DNA of 64,000 nucleotides from the NCBI GenBank assembly GCA_000388065.2, contig KB932206.1; one strand, 5' to 3'. This document shows positions 37,504-50,200 of the stretch, piece after piece; the first letter of the stretch is position 1, and each line of letters starts with the position of its first letter. A program made the position numbers and the translations under genes. This DNA is from Fonticula alba ATCC 38817. Its lineage: Eukaryota > Protista > Nucleariida. A model generated the notes under the pieces. The model searched no databases. It saw nothing but the letters and a program-made list of their open reading frames with translations, and was not told where the DNA came from.

Positions 37504-38358
37504 GTGCGCGCCGGGCACGGTTGGCAGGCCTGCGCCAGGCACCGGCCCGTGTCTGCCAGGGCAAGGTGACGCGCGGAGCCTTCGGCCAGGGTCGGCGTGG
37601 GCTGCTGCTGGTCAGCCCAGCGCGTCTAGAGTTGGATACCTCCGTCTCGGATGGTGCGACCCCGCCCGCCCCCCGCCCGCCCCCCGTCCAATATAGACTG
37701 CCGGCATGAGTAATGCCCTCGCCCTGGCGGTTGGTGTCATCCGGCCCCCTCTGCCAGAGCCCTGTCCCCTCCTCTCGCCGGTCCGCTGCCTCCCCTCTGA
37801 AGAGCCAGCCTGGCACCAGGCCCGCGCCGCACCGTCGCAGACAATTCGGGATTGCTTCGCTCGCTCCTTCCTTGTGCGATTCCCTCCCTCCTCTTCCCCC
37901 TCCCCTTCCCCTTCCGCCCTCCGCCCTTTCCGCTCGCCCCTCGCTCTTCGCCCCTTTCCCTTGCCCACTTTCGCGCCGCCGGCTGGCCCCGGTGAGAGCC
38001 GATCACCGCCACCCCGCTGGCCTGGCAGCCGCCACACCCGTCCCTTTGGCCGGCCCGGGCCGGCATGTCCCTCGCCCTTTCTCGTGAGCGCTGGAGCTAT
38101 TCGGCATGGCTGCTGCGGAAAATGCGCCCGCCGCTCCTCTGTCCCAGGCAACAAGGCAGACACACACACACATACATACACGCACACACTCCCTCCCGGG
38201 TCGCCCGCGAGGCCGTGTGCCCAACTCCCTGTCTCTCCCTCCTCCCCCCCCCCTCTCCTTCCTTCGTCCCTGTCTCCTGCTGACCCCCCTTCCTCTCTCT
38301 TTCTTTCGCCGCCGCTCAGAAGACGTCGAGTGCCCTCCCAGTGGATCTTTCATCCAGG

Positions 38359-40105
38359 ATGTTCCGCCGTGCCCTTTCCCTGCCCACCCGCAGCCTCACT
38401 GCCGTCCCTCGCCGGTACATACGCCTCTCGGTTCCTTCCACACGGCTCCCGGTTCCGTCAACTTACATTCTTCTTGCTCACTCTCTCTCCCTCTCCCCTC
38501 CTCTCCCCTCCCACACACACACACACACGCGCCTCTCCTGCTTCGGCCACCAAACAGCGCCTTCGCCTCGGCTGCCCCCGAGATTGGCCAGGCCCCCGCC
38601 AGCTCCGGCATGAGCTCCCCCAACCGCTGGATCATCGGCGCCACCATCGTCTCGGCCGTCGCGCTGGCCTGCTTCTCCATGAAGAGCAAGACCGACGATC
38701 GCTCGTCCCTTGGCTACTCCCCCTACACCCCGCGGGCCCTGACCCTCGAGTCGCTGATCACCGCCCAGGCCGCCGCCGAGGATCGCGACCCGACTGCCGA
38801 GCTCAAGGCCCTGCACAGCATCTTTGCCCCGTACCAGCCGCTGGATGACATCATCGCCGCCAAGGCCGCCGCCGCCTCCAAGGCCGCCCTCCCGGCCGGC
38901 CCCGTGTCCGAGGCCATGAAGATCTTCGCCGGTGACCTGTCCAACCTGGCCATCTCCATCGACCAGCTGGCCACCGTCCCGGCCGCCCTGGCCACCGCCC
39001 TGGTGCACATCTTCGCCGGGCCGACCGCCAACCGCCTGGCCAAGCCCGAGTATTCGGCCGAGTCGCTGCTGGCCGCCAAGGAGATCACCGCCCTCTTTGC
39101 CAACTCCCCGGACCGCGCCGCCCTGCTGAAGCAGATTGCCGCCGATGCCGAGGTCCCTGCCCTGTCCGGCAACAAGGCTGCCGCTTCGGCGGCCCCGGTC
39201 ATCCCGGTGGCCCTCGGCACCGCTGGCGAGTCCGTCTGGCTGATGGCCGGCGGCCGGGTCTTCCTGAAGAACCTCTACCAGTTCCTGAACAGCGGGTACT
39301 ACTCGGTCCGCCCGGAGGATGGTGCCGACCCGAAGGTCGTGCGCGAGGCCATCCTGGCCAAGTCCAAGGGCGAGCCGGTTCCCGCCGCCGGGGATGGTCG
39401 CGTCTTTGTCGCCTGGTCTGGCTTCCCCTTCGAGAACACTTCCGAGGTCCTGGCCCTGACTGGTCTGCTGTCCGGCAACTTTGTCCTCGGTGTGTCCAAG
39501 GACGCCGCCGAGCACCTGCTCTCGCATGCCGTCTTCCCGGCCGACTCGAAGCTCTCCCTGGCTGAGAAGCTGGCCCAGATGTATGGCGACTATGTGGTCA
39601 TCGTGGCCGACTCCAAGGGTGCGTGTCCTCCTCCCTCCAGCGGCGGCGGCCGCACACACGCGCACGCACGCACGCACGCACGCACGCCCCTGCTGCTGGG
39701 CTGGGCCTTTGTCTGCCCATCCTTCGCCGCCGTTTTGCCTCGTGCTCTGACACTCATATCCCCGTGCCTCCGCCTCCTCCCTTTCGCTCCTGCCTGTGTG
39801 TGTGTGTGTGTTTGTGTGTATGCGCGCGCACACCTGCAGTCCCGACCGTGGTCATGCCCGAGATCGAGATCAAGAAGCCCGAGCCCAAGCCCGCCGCCGC
39901 CGCCACCGCCGCCGCTCCTGTCCCTGCCGAGAAGAAGGCCGACGACCTTGATGACCTGCACATCGTCATCACCGAGGCTGAGGATGAGACCGCCAACAAG
40001 CCGGCCGCCGGCATTGACACCGAGGAGGTCCTCTTCGTCGTCGATGACCCGTCCACCAACACCCACGAGGCCGCTGTTCTGACCATCCCGGCTGAGCGCA
40101 AGTAA
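38359..40105 (+). CDS. Uncharacterised mitochondrial protein: presequence, single TM helix and about 430-aa soluble domain; 3 exons (38359-38414, 38558-39619, 39839-40105)
   Basis: Splicing the GTACAT..CAG intron (38415-38557) gives MFRRALSLPTRSLTAVPRRAFASAAPE (R-3 cleavage-like RRAF|AS), then TM RWIIGATIVSAVALACFSMKSK. Codons are strongly C/G-ending. No family recognised. Confidence 0.8.
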
Positions 40106-41270
40106 GCACGCACGTGTGCTGGCTTTCCCTCGTCCTCCTCCCCCTCTCTCTGTCCTGCCTCGGCGGGGGGGAGGGTAAAGACCGGGCGGGGATGTCGCGC
40201 CCCGTCCACTCGTCCTCATGCGGTGTGGGCCATACGTCACCCCCCTCCCCTGCCGCCCCTTCCCTCTCCGTGCTTTCCTCTCCCCCCCCCCCCTTCTCCC
40301 ACTTCCCCTGGTGGTGGTGTATGATGCGCTCCCACGAGAGTGCACCCTTGACCTCACCTCCTTAGAGCCCATCTGCAGGGCGGCGCAGTGTGTGCGGGGG
40401 GGGCGATGGGGCACGCCCCCCTCTCCCCGTCCGTCTCCTCTCGCCTCCCCCTCTCCGGTGCCCGTGGCATCAGAAAGATCCCTACATCACAATGCGTGGC
40501 ACAGTGCCCTCCTGCCTGCGTCCCCTCCCCCCTCCTTGCTTTCCCTGTTGTACAGTGTCCCCCCTCCCCCTCAATAAATATAATGTATTTTCTACACACA
40601 CACACACACTCGCTTGTCATGGGTGGGCGGCTTCTCATTTGGACCGCCCCAAAGAGCAGAGATTCGGCGGGAGAAAAAGGGGGCAGACCCATCCTCCAGC
40701 ACCGGCGCCCCCGCCACCCCGCACACGGCGGGAAAGAGGAGGAAGACGACACGCCCGCCAGAGAGGAGCAGGACAAGCGGCGAGGGGCCGGCCCAGCGGC
40801 AGCGGAGACTGCCCGGCTGATGTTAGATGTCACGTGCATCCACCCAGAGGGAGCACCTTGCGCGCCTTGATCGGCAGCGCGGCGCGAGGTGCCGACTTTG
40901 GGCCTCTGCTGGGGATGCCTGCCCGTGCCCCGGCCCCGCACCACGCGCTCCTCCCATCCGGGAGCCCACACGCATCGTCTTGCATCTCTCGAACGCCTCC
41001 CCCCCCCCCCTCCCCAGTAGATGTCGGGCCATACCCAGAAGCTACCCCGTCGCGAGATCTCGTCTAATATGCCGCCCGCCACGCGCCCTTCCTCCCTTAC
41101 TTCCTTCACCTCTCCTTCCCCTGTCCGGACGCATACGCGCCACACGCGCACACGTGCACATCCTCCCTCTCTCTCATACACACACACACACACGCACGCA
41201 CGCACGCACGCACACGCACGCACGCACGCACAAACTCGGCGGGACCTTGCCGCGCGTGCACGTCGCCAGG

Positions 41271-42101
41271 ATGACCCACTTGCTTGGTCACACCACCGAG
41301 CCATACCGGACCTACGCGCCTGGTGCCTGGCCGCAATCTTTCCACACACCGGGCCCCGACAAGCGTCCTGCCCCTTCGACCAGCGTGTCCGGCCCATCTG
41401 ACACAGCGGCTCCCCTGCCTGCTGCCGTTGAAGCCTTGATGTCCGAGCATGTCCTTAGCCGGTCGGTGCGTCCGGAGACAGACCCATCGCGCGACCACCC
41501 CTCCATCCATCCATCCATCCATCTAACGCGCATGCTTGCACTTGGCACAGGCGAGTGTCGTCTATGTCGTGCCACTGAGGACGGCTCAACCGAGTCCGAG
41601 CGTTGAACAGCACTTTGCTCCGGGGCCGACCAGCATGGACTCGCCTCCTCTGGCCCGGCTGCGTCTTGCCCCGGCGGCCACCTCCCATCAGGGCAGCTTC
41701 ACGTCGACTGTTCTGCGGCTTCGTGACTTTCTTGGAGCCGATGGTGCCCCCGCCGATGAGGCTTTCCGTGACTGGCTGGCCAGCTCGGCCGCGGCCGGCA
41801 CCCTGAGCGCCCTCTCGGAGGGGCCATTCCTCCTGCAGGCCGAGTCGCCTGTGGTGCATGATGCTGCCGGGATCGCGCAGGACACCGCCTCGCCCCATCT
41901 CCGGGAGGCTGTCGCCGGGTATTTCTCGTTTGCCGTGGTTCGCGGCTTTGTGTATGTCTTTCTCGATCGGGCCGCCTACCATCGTGCCGGGTTGGTTGGT
42001 GTCCCCGTGGCCCCGGGAGATTCCCATTACGGTGCGTATTGGAGATATGCCCCGGTCCCAGGCATGGAGGCCGACTGACACGCACGCACGCACATGCACA
42101 A

Positions 42102-42136
<35 letters not shown>

Positions 42137-43721
42137 TACACACACGTACGCACGCACACCCATACACCCCCTATGGATGTAGTTTATTCCGGCTCACTTG
42201 CCAACCAGAGTACCATCCGTGAGCTCGCCGCCGCATGTCGCCGCACATTGAATCACATCCTGCCGGCATCGGAACACAATGTCATTCGCATTTCCGCCTC
42301 CTCGGCCTCGACCCAAGGTGCGCCAAATCCACTCTAATCCATGCATGCACCACATTCCCCCGGTCTACTTGAGTCCGCCTCCCTCACCGGCGCGCCTCCT
42401 GCGTCCCCCTCTATCCCTCCCTCCCTCTCTCTCTCTCTCTCTGTTTCCCGTCCGCCCTCGAAGGCGCGCCAGCAACCATGGAGCGGTTCCTCACTCCGAT
42501 TGAGCCAACCAGCAACGTGGGCATCTTCACTCACGACGATCTGTACCGCGTGGCAGATGGCGCATTCGCCTACTCACCTGTAACCGCCCCGGCCTGGCCG
42601 GCCCTCGACAACGAGACCCCCCTCTCGCCGGCTGACATCTCGGATCTGGTTGAATGGCTGGGTGTTGTGGCGATCGGTGGATTGAAGTGCGCCAGACTGC
42701 GGGGGCGGAAACCCCCGAATGTCTCTTTCATTATTTACCGTGCCAGCGTGTGTCTGTGTGGGGGGGGGAGGGAGGAAGAGACAGGGTGCACCCCCTTGTG
42801 CCCGATCATGCAGTGACTTACCCCCTCGTCCATCTTGCCTTCCGCCTGCCCCTGCCCCTCGGCCGGCCGCCGCCCGTAAGACCCCCGCCGGTGACGGACT
42901 CCATGATGACATACATTAGCACCTATGAGCCGGGCGTATCGGCCTTCATGACGAATTGCTTGGGTGCGCTCCGCCTTCCTGCCTGGCATCTGGACGATCA
43001 GCTGCACGCCTAGTCCAACGCCCACTCACACCGGAGGATGTCCCGCATGCCGGGACCCAGTTGTCTCGCACACGCTACCGCATGGGCCCCTTGCCACCGG
43101 GGCCATCCGCTCCCTCGTCGGAGAGGTCCAGTACGTACTGCCCCGCCTCTCCCCCGCCCCTCCCTCTCTGCTCATGGGCGAAAGCACGCAGAATGGCACA
43201 TTGCCACACTCTTGTGACTGACCACTCCCGTCACCGATGGAAGGTCTAATTTGCTTGCCCTGCAGGAGGCGGCCCTCGACCAGACGGCTGGAGGGGGCAA
43301 CGTGCCGGCCCCGGCCCCAGCCCCGGCCTCGGCGCCGGAACAACTTGCGAACGTCCATCCCGCCAAGCGCGGTCGCTTCGGGCATCTCTTTAAGTCTCGC
43401 ACTGCCGCGGCCGAACCCCAGGCCGACGCTCCTCCCCTGGCGGCAGCTGTCCCGACGGCGTCCGGGGGCGGGCCACGCGCCTGGGCCGCCATCTCGGTGC
43501 AAGGATACGCCTCGGTGCCGGGAATGTGCACCTGGCTGCGCGGAGCCGGGGACCGGAACGTCGAGCGTGGCGGGCCGGCCGGGACCCGGCATCTGAGGCC
43601 GGCCGGGCCACTATTGGCGAAGGCTCCGGTCTTGGCCTCCCAATCCAGCGGGTACACCCTGATGGTGGCCCTCGGCGGTGAGGGGGCGACCGACTTCAAG
43701 TACATTCAGGAGCGGCACTGA
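41271..43721 (+). CDS. RPP40: Ribonuclease P/MRP protein subunit p40-like, multi-exon; stop codon abuts an assembly gap
   Basis: VYVFLDRAAYHRAGLVGVP (cf. remembered LSLDKDTYEETGLQGHP), DLVEWLGVV (cf. LFDWLGAV) and WAAISVQGYASVP (cf. WVTLSVQGFADSP). In-phase GT-AG introns found for the first exons. Confidence 0.7.
42212..42330 (+). repeat. 119-bp direct repeat, copy 1 (most of RPP40 exon 3 plus its donor site)
   Basis: Identical to 47681-47798 except one G. Confidence 0.95.
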
Positions 43722-45330
43722 NNNNNNNNNNNNNNNNNNNNNNNNNNNNNNNNNNNNNNNNNNNNNNNNNNNNNNNNNNNNNNNNNNNNNNNNNNNNNNN
43801 NNNNNNNNNNNNNNNNNNNNNNNNNNNNNNNNNNNNNNNNNNNNNNNNNNNNNNNNNNNNNNNNNNNNNNNNNNNNNNNNNNNNNNNNNNNNNNNNNNNN
43901 NNNNNNNNNNNNNNNNNNNNNNNNNNNNNNNNNNNNNNNNNNNNNNNNNNNNNNNNNNNNNNNNNNNNNNNNNNNNNNNNNNNNNNNNNNNNNNNNNNNN
44001 NNNNNNNNNNNNNNNNNNNNNNNNNNNNNNNNNNNNNNNNNNNNNNNNNNNNNNNNNNNNNNNNNNNNNNNNNNNNNNNNNNNNNNNNNNNNNNNNNNNN
44101 NNNNNNNNNNNNNNNCCCCCGCAATAAATAGAGGCCCCGCCAGTCTGGGCATAGTGTACCGGGGCCGCGGTGGAGGGAGGGGCGCGGGCACGGAGGGTCC
44201 GTCCCTCGGTCATCATGGTGCCATTCCCTTTTGGGGCGTCCCTGGGCTTGGGCGATATCAATCTCGCTGGATCTCGCAAGAGAATGACCTGTGCCCTTTG
44301 TCTTGGGGCGTGAGCTTTGGGCCTGCGAAAGGGCACACTCCCCCTGCTTCTGCGGTTCCCCCGTGGGGGCGCGGGGGGGCGCGGGGGGGGGGGCGCGATG
44401 CCGGGATCTCCCCGGCCAACTGTGCCTGGGGAGGGGCGGACCGCGAGGAACAGCCGGCGGGGGCGGGCCACGGGCCGGGGAAGTGGTGCCTGCCCAACCC
44501 CGGGGACGGGGCACTCCGGGCTGTGAGCATACATGGCAAACGCAATCTACGCAGGTACGCAGGTGGTTGGCCCAACGGTGAGCCCGAGCCAGCGCGGGCG
44601 CACATTCCCACACGAGCCGGAGCGTGGAGGGGCCCCAGCTCTACGGCGGGGTGGCCGGCGCGCGTCCGCGGGGCAGGGGGGGGGGGGGGGGGACAGGGGC
44701 GCTGGCGCGGGCGAAGAAGCACGGCACGCGTGCGGATGATCTCCCCAAGTACAGGCAGTGGCGAAGAACAGCCCCCTTCCCCCCTCGTCCCGGCGCGCGG
44801 ACCGGCCGCCGGCGGCCCCAATCCGCCAAGATGCTGGCTAGTTGCTTGTGCTGCGGCAGCCGCGCGGGGGCACGCTCGCGATTGCCCAGGGCACGAGGCC
44901 GCCCGGCTATGGCACGCAAAATCCTCGTCACTCGCCGCCGGGGCCGGCGCCTGGGACGACCGGGAATCGTTCACTGCATTCCTCTCCCCCGGACAGCCCC
45001 AGGACGGGCAGCCCGCCACGCTCGCCCCGTAAAGGGGGGTGGGCGGACAGCCCTCGGCGAGCGCGCCCCCCCCCCCCCCCCCCCCGCCCGAGGGGACTTG
45101 AGCCCGGGGAGGGAAGCGGGGGTGGACGCCTAGCCCTTCTCCCCTCAGCCACAAAGGCTCGGGCCTCAACGCGGGCACGTATGTCGAGGGGGAGGGGCAC
45201 AGTCATTGGCATGTGGCCGGGCGGAGATGGCCCCCGGCCGGCTGCCACAGCGCGGAGGCGGGCGGGGGCACGATCGGGGGCCGTATCGCACGGCGGGCCG
45301 CACGCGCGCATGCCGGCCCGCCCGCCCGCC

Positions 45331-45370
<40 letters not shown>

Positions 45371-47128
45371 CACGCGCCGACACGGCGCCCCGCCGGGTCA
45401 GGTTGCCGCCTCCGAGCAATCTCCGGCCGGCCGGGTCGGTTCTCCGGGACAAACGAAGTTGAGAGCCGAGCAAGGGGGAGGCAGGGGGGGACACATGAAA
45501 CAGCACAGCCCCGCGGCCGGCCCCTCCCCGGGTGTCCCCTCGGGAGCGAACCCGAGTTCCGGCATTCCACCGGTCGCCCCGCGGTGGGAGGGGGCGCCGC
45601 GCCCCAGCGGGAGGGCTCGCCCTTGGTGGCGGTGTTCTCTCGGCCGCCCCTGGCCGCCACGCCCAAAAGGGCGGGAGCATGACGAATGTACCCGGTGAAA
45701 AGGGCTTGGGGAAACAGCAAAAAAAAAAAAAAGGGCATTAATATATCGGAGGTGTGCCCGGGATTTGCCCTCGTCCCTGCCGGGGATCCCCCCTCTCCCC
45801 GGGCCGGCTTCCCCGCCCCTGCTGGTGCCCTCCTTGAGCAGAGGGTTCTTGCCCGTTGGCTCCCCCCCCCGGCCAGGGAGGCACACTTTGCCGTGCATTG
45901 GGCCATCTCGCGCGAGTGCACACGCACACAGATGCGCGCGCGTCTGCGGCGTGGTGGCGGGGGCGGCTTACGGCAACAACTGACCGGGGCCGGGGGCGTG
46001 ATGCTGCGCACCATCGCACGCGCTCCCGGGGTCCCCCGCCCGGGCAGGGGAACGGCCTTCGGGCTTGGGCCACTGTGTGCGGGCGCCGCCCGCCAGTCGC
46101 CCTTGGCCGGAGGAGCACAGAAAAGGGCCCAGCTGGGCCTCGACCGACCCTGGCCCCTCATGCGTGCGCGCCATACGCGCACAGTCTAGAGCCCCCGGCC
46201 CTTCTCAGGGCGGGGTTCTGTTTCAGGCCGCACCGGCCGGTCCGGGGTCTTTGTGGCCGGCGCGCGCACGTCCCGCCGTCCCCCCCCCCCCCGCCTCCGC
46301 GGCCTCCCCCGCGGACGGCTCCGGCGGGCGTTGCCTGTTTTCCCGGCCGTGGCAGAAACCGGTGGGGGGCGGAGGCGGAGGCGGAGGCGGGGGACGGGCG
46401 GGCGGGGGCGATTCCCCCATGGTGCACCCGCGGCCGGTGACCGATCCCGGAAGGGGAATGCACACGCGCGCCCCCTGATCCCCGGGCCCTTCCCCGATTT
46501 TACATCTCCCTCCCCATCTCGCCATCGCCCCAGTTTCCCGTCCCAGTGGGCTCCCCCTCCCGGCCTCGCGCGAGACCCGGCCCCCGGCCAGACCGGCCTG
46601 TGGGGGCATATCGGCCGCCAGTTTTCGACTCCTCCCTACCAACCGCGCACACCTTTCTCCAACACCTCCCCCCCCCTCTCTCTCTCTCTCTCTCNNNNNN
46701 NNNNNNNNNNNNNNNNNNNNNNNNNNNNNNNNNNNNNNNNNNNNNNNNNNNNNNNNNNNNNNNNNNNNNNNNNNNNNNNNNNNNNNNNNNNNNNNNNNNN
46801 NNNNNNNNNNNNNNNNNNNNNNNNNNNNNNNNNNNNNNNNNNNNNNNNNNNNNNNNNNNNNNNNNNNNNNNNNNNNNNNNNNNNNNNNNNNNNNNNNNNN
46901 NNNNNNNNNNNNNNNNNNNNNNNNNNNNNNNNNNNNNNNNNNNNNNNNNCCCCCCCCCCCACCCCACCCCGGTCGGATCTCACGTCTGAGTTGCGCTCGC
47001 TGGCCCCCGCAGGAGAGGTCATTTCCCTGCCGCCCTCGCGCGCGGACCCCTCCGGTCGCGCGCTCTAGCGCTCCTTACCGCCCCCTCCTCACTACCACCA
47101 CTCCCACCACCACCACCACTCCCACCGT

Positions 47129-47164
<36 letters not shown>
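47129..47164 (+). repeat. (CAG)12 trinucleotide repeat upstream of the SOS-like start codon
   Basis: Directly visible; preceded by CCA/CAC repeats. Confidence 0.9.
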
Positions 47165-47169
<5 letters not shown>

Positions 47170-47259
47170 ACACCAACAGCACGCACTGTCATTATCGTTG
47201 CTCGCTCACCCCCCCACCCCCTGGCTGTGTGCGCAGGAGAGAAAGAGAAAGACACAACC

Positions 47260-50200
47260 ATGGCCACACGTCGGCCATCGGCTCCGCACGATCGGGCCCT
47301 CACCATGACGGCCCCGTTGCATCGGACGCCGCAGCCCCTGGTCTTCCAGCCTTTCTTGGACCAAATCCTCCCGAAGGTGCATCTGATCGCCTCGAACGGT
47401 CTGCAATTGGAGCCCGGCGCGTTGAATCGCCTCGATCGCTACCTCTTCCTGGTGTTGGTATACATTCTTTCTGGACTCGAGGCCTCCGGAGCCACGCCGG
47501 GCCCGGCCGGCGGGGCCCCGGCCGTCGTCCCACCCGCCGGCCATGCCTCAGTGCCCCACTCGCGCACCGGCTCGGCCGGCACCATCGGGGCCACCTCGTC
47601 CACTGTCCCGGCCGCCAGCCCAGCCCCCACCGGCCCGGAGATGGCTCCCTATGGCCTTGCACATGTGGAATTCCAAGACCACCATCCGTGAGCTCGCCGC
47701 CGCATGTCGCCGCACATTGAATCACATCCTGCCGGCATCGGAACACAATGTCATTCGCATTTCCCCTCCTCGGCCTCGACCCAAGGTGCGCCAAATCCNN
47801 NNNNNNNNNNNNNNNNNNNNNNNNNNNNNNNNNNNNNNNNNNNNNNNNNNNNNNNNNNNNNNNNNNNNNNNNNNNNNNNNNNNNNNNNNNNNNNNNNNNN
47901 NNNNNNNNNNNNNNNNNNNNNNNNNNNNNNNNNNNNNNNNNNNNNNNNNNNNNNNNNNNNNNNNNNNNNNNNNNNNNNNNNNNNNNNNNNNNNNNNNNNN
48001 NNNNNNNNNNNNNNNNNNNNNNNNNNNNNNNNNNNNNNNNNNNNNNNNNNNNNNNNNNNNNNNNNNNNNNNNNNNNNNNNNNNNNNNNNNNNNNNNNNNN
48101 NNNNNNNNNNNNNNNNNNNNNNNNNNNNNNNNNNNNNNNNNNNNNNNNNNNNNNNNNNNNNNNNNNNNNNNNNNNNNNNNNNNNNNNNNNNNNNNNNNNC
48201 ACCTGCCAGCATTTCATGATCATCCCCTGCGATTGGCAGCCCTCTGACTTGCATTCGCCCCGCCCCCGACGGGCGGTTCAACACCCGAAGCTTTCCAGCG
48301 AGGCAGGCGTCTTCCTGAGTGGCGTCATCGAGTACCTGGCGATGGACATCATCAAGCTCGCCGGGTATTACACGCTCAATGACCGGCGGCGCTCGATCAC
48401 CGACTCCGACATTCATGAGACTGTGCGTCCTTCCCTGGCCTTCCCTCGCCCGCCCTCTTCCTCGCCTCGCTCCCCTGTCTGCACTGGCATATGCCCCCAT
48501 GTGCCCGTGAGCACAGTACATGTGCATGCCTGTGGTCCAAACTGACCCCCCCCCCCCCCCCTGCGTGCCAGGTGTTCATTGATCCCGATCTTCGTGCGCT
48601 GCTCCGCCGGGCCAATGGAGCCTTCTACTTCCGAAACTGCGTCTCCACTCTGAGTCGCTGTCATTCGGACCTGGTCCTCCTGCAGAAGTACTTCGGTGAA
48701 ACGCTGCGTGTGCTGAAAAGTGACATCGACTCGCTGCCGGCCTTCTTCCGTGGATCGATCGAGCCGCTGATGATCGCCGTTGAGGAGATCATCCGGCAGA
48801 TCCGCGACATGCGCCCGGGCGCCGATGCCCTGCCCTGTGCGTCTCTGCTTCCCCCTCTCGCCGCTTCTCTCCCTCTCCCTCTCTCTTCCCACCCTTGCGT
48901 CCTGGTTGCTGACCGCCACCCGCCTGCCCACGCCAGTCCTTTGCAAGGCCATTGATTTGCTGGTGTCCATCTCTCCACAGATCTTGGACTACGCCCAGAA
49001 GGCCATGAACCTCTACACGCGCTTGCCCATCTGGCTCGAGCAGCCCTCGGTCAAGCACCTGTTCAGTGTGCGTCGTGAAAAAGGGGCCCATCCTCCCCGA
49101 CCACCGCCGCCACATTGTCTAACCCCGTCCTGTTCCCGTGCCCTGTGCAGGAGCGCAAGATGCTTTCCTCGGCTTACCACCACCTGGGATGGCTGCTGCT
49201 GATTCCTCTCCGCTCGACCATCTACTGCCACTCCATGCTCGAGCGGCTTTTCTTCAACTTCTTCCGCTCCGAGACCCCCTTCATCGACCATTTGGAGAAG
49301 GTACACCATCTCCCCCGCCCTCCAGAGGGGCCCTTCTCTCTCCCCTCCTCTCTCTCTCTCTCTGCCCTGTGACAGCCCGCTGACCAGCTGCTCCTTCTCT
49401 CCCAGGCACGCGATGCGTCGCAAGCTGTACTGCGCATGAGTGATGCATTTGGCATCCCGCTGGTGCCCGGGTCCGATCGTCCGTACGCCGGGTCCTACTC
49501 GTCGCTGATTTCCTCGAACTCGGCAGCGGTGGCCTCCGGCTCGGTCGAGGCCGCCTCCTCGCCGTTCTGGCTGCTGGCCGAATCGGCCTTCGCGGCCGAT
49601 GATCCGCGCTATGCTTACTGGCTGGTGCGTGGCCAGCATGGTGGGGCCTGTGCTGCAGGGCCGCACCCAGGCTCCCTTTGCCTCCCCTCGCCATCTCATC
49701 AACTCCCCCTGCCCCCGGGGTGTCCCCTGGTCCTCGGTTGCTCCCCACTCACCCACGGCACTTCCCCTCGCCTCGTCCCCCCCCCCCCCCGCCTCCCAGA
49801 TCACCACTTCTCGGGATTACATCCGGCGCGTTGCCGGCTGGCCGAGCACGGGCGCCACCCCGGCCAGTCGGCTCCATGGGGCCCTGGCAGCTGGCATCCC
49901 GCGCATCCTCTTCGACTGTGTCCTCTCCACGTATGAGCTTTATCCCCTGTCTCCCAGCGGCCCGGCCAGTACCGCGGCCAATGCCCTGCCGGCCTCCCTG
50001 CAGGGCGCACATTTGGCTTTGGCCGGGGCCGGGGCCGGTCTGGAGGCCGGGATGGCCGGCGTCGAGACGCCCGTTCGAAGCAGCGATCCCCTGGTGGAGG
50101 GGGTGCTGGCCGGGTTCCAGGCCCTTCGTGGGGGTAGTGGCGGCGGCTTGACCGACCCACTACCGCCAGGGTTCCTGGACTTCCCGGCTCCGGAGGACCC

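Noticed and set aside
38106-38358. Track ORF start MAAAENAPAAP for the 38106..40082 ORF
   Set aside because: Reads through intron-like CA and CT tracts; the spliced start at 38359 in another frame gives a clean presequence.
38478-39833. 451-aa minus-strand ORF opposite the mitochondrial orphan
   Set aside because: Mirror-frame ORF expected from strong C-ending codon bias.
42181-42225. Apparent premature TGA in RPP40 if the CAG acceptor at 42206-42208 is used
   Set aside because: The upstream GTAG acceptor ending at 42182 restores the frame (V-YSGSLANQSTIRE), so there is no evidence of a pseudogene or recoding.
45698-45745. AAAAGGGCTT, similar to the 5' end of U11 snRNA
   Set aside because: No following U11 stem-loops or Sm site that I could identify; a 10-nt match is expected by chance.
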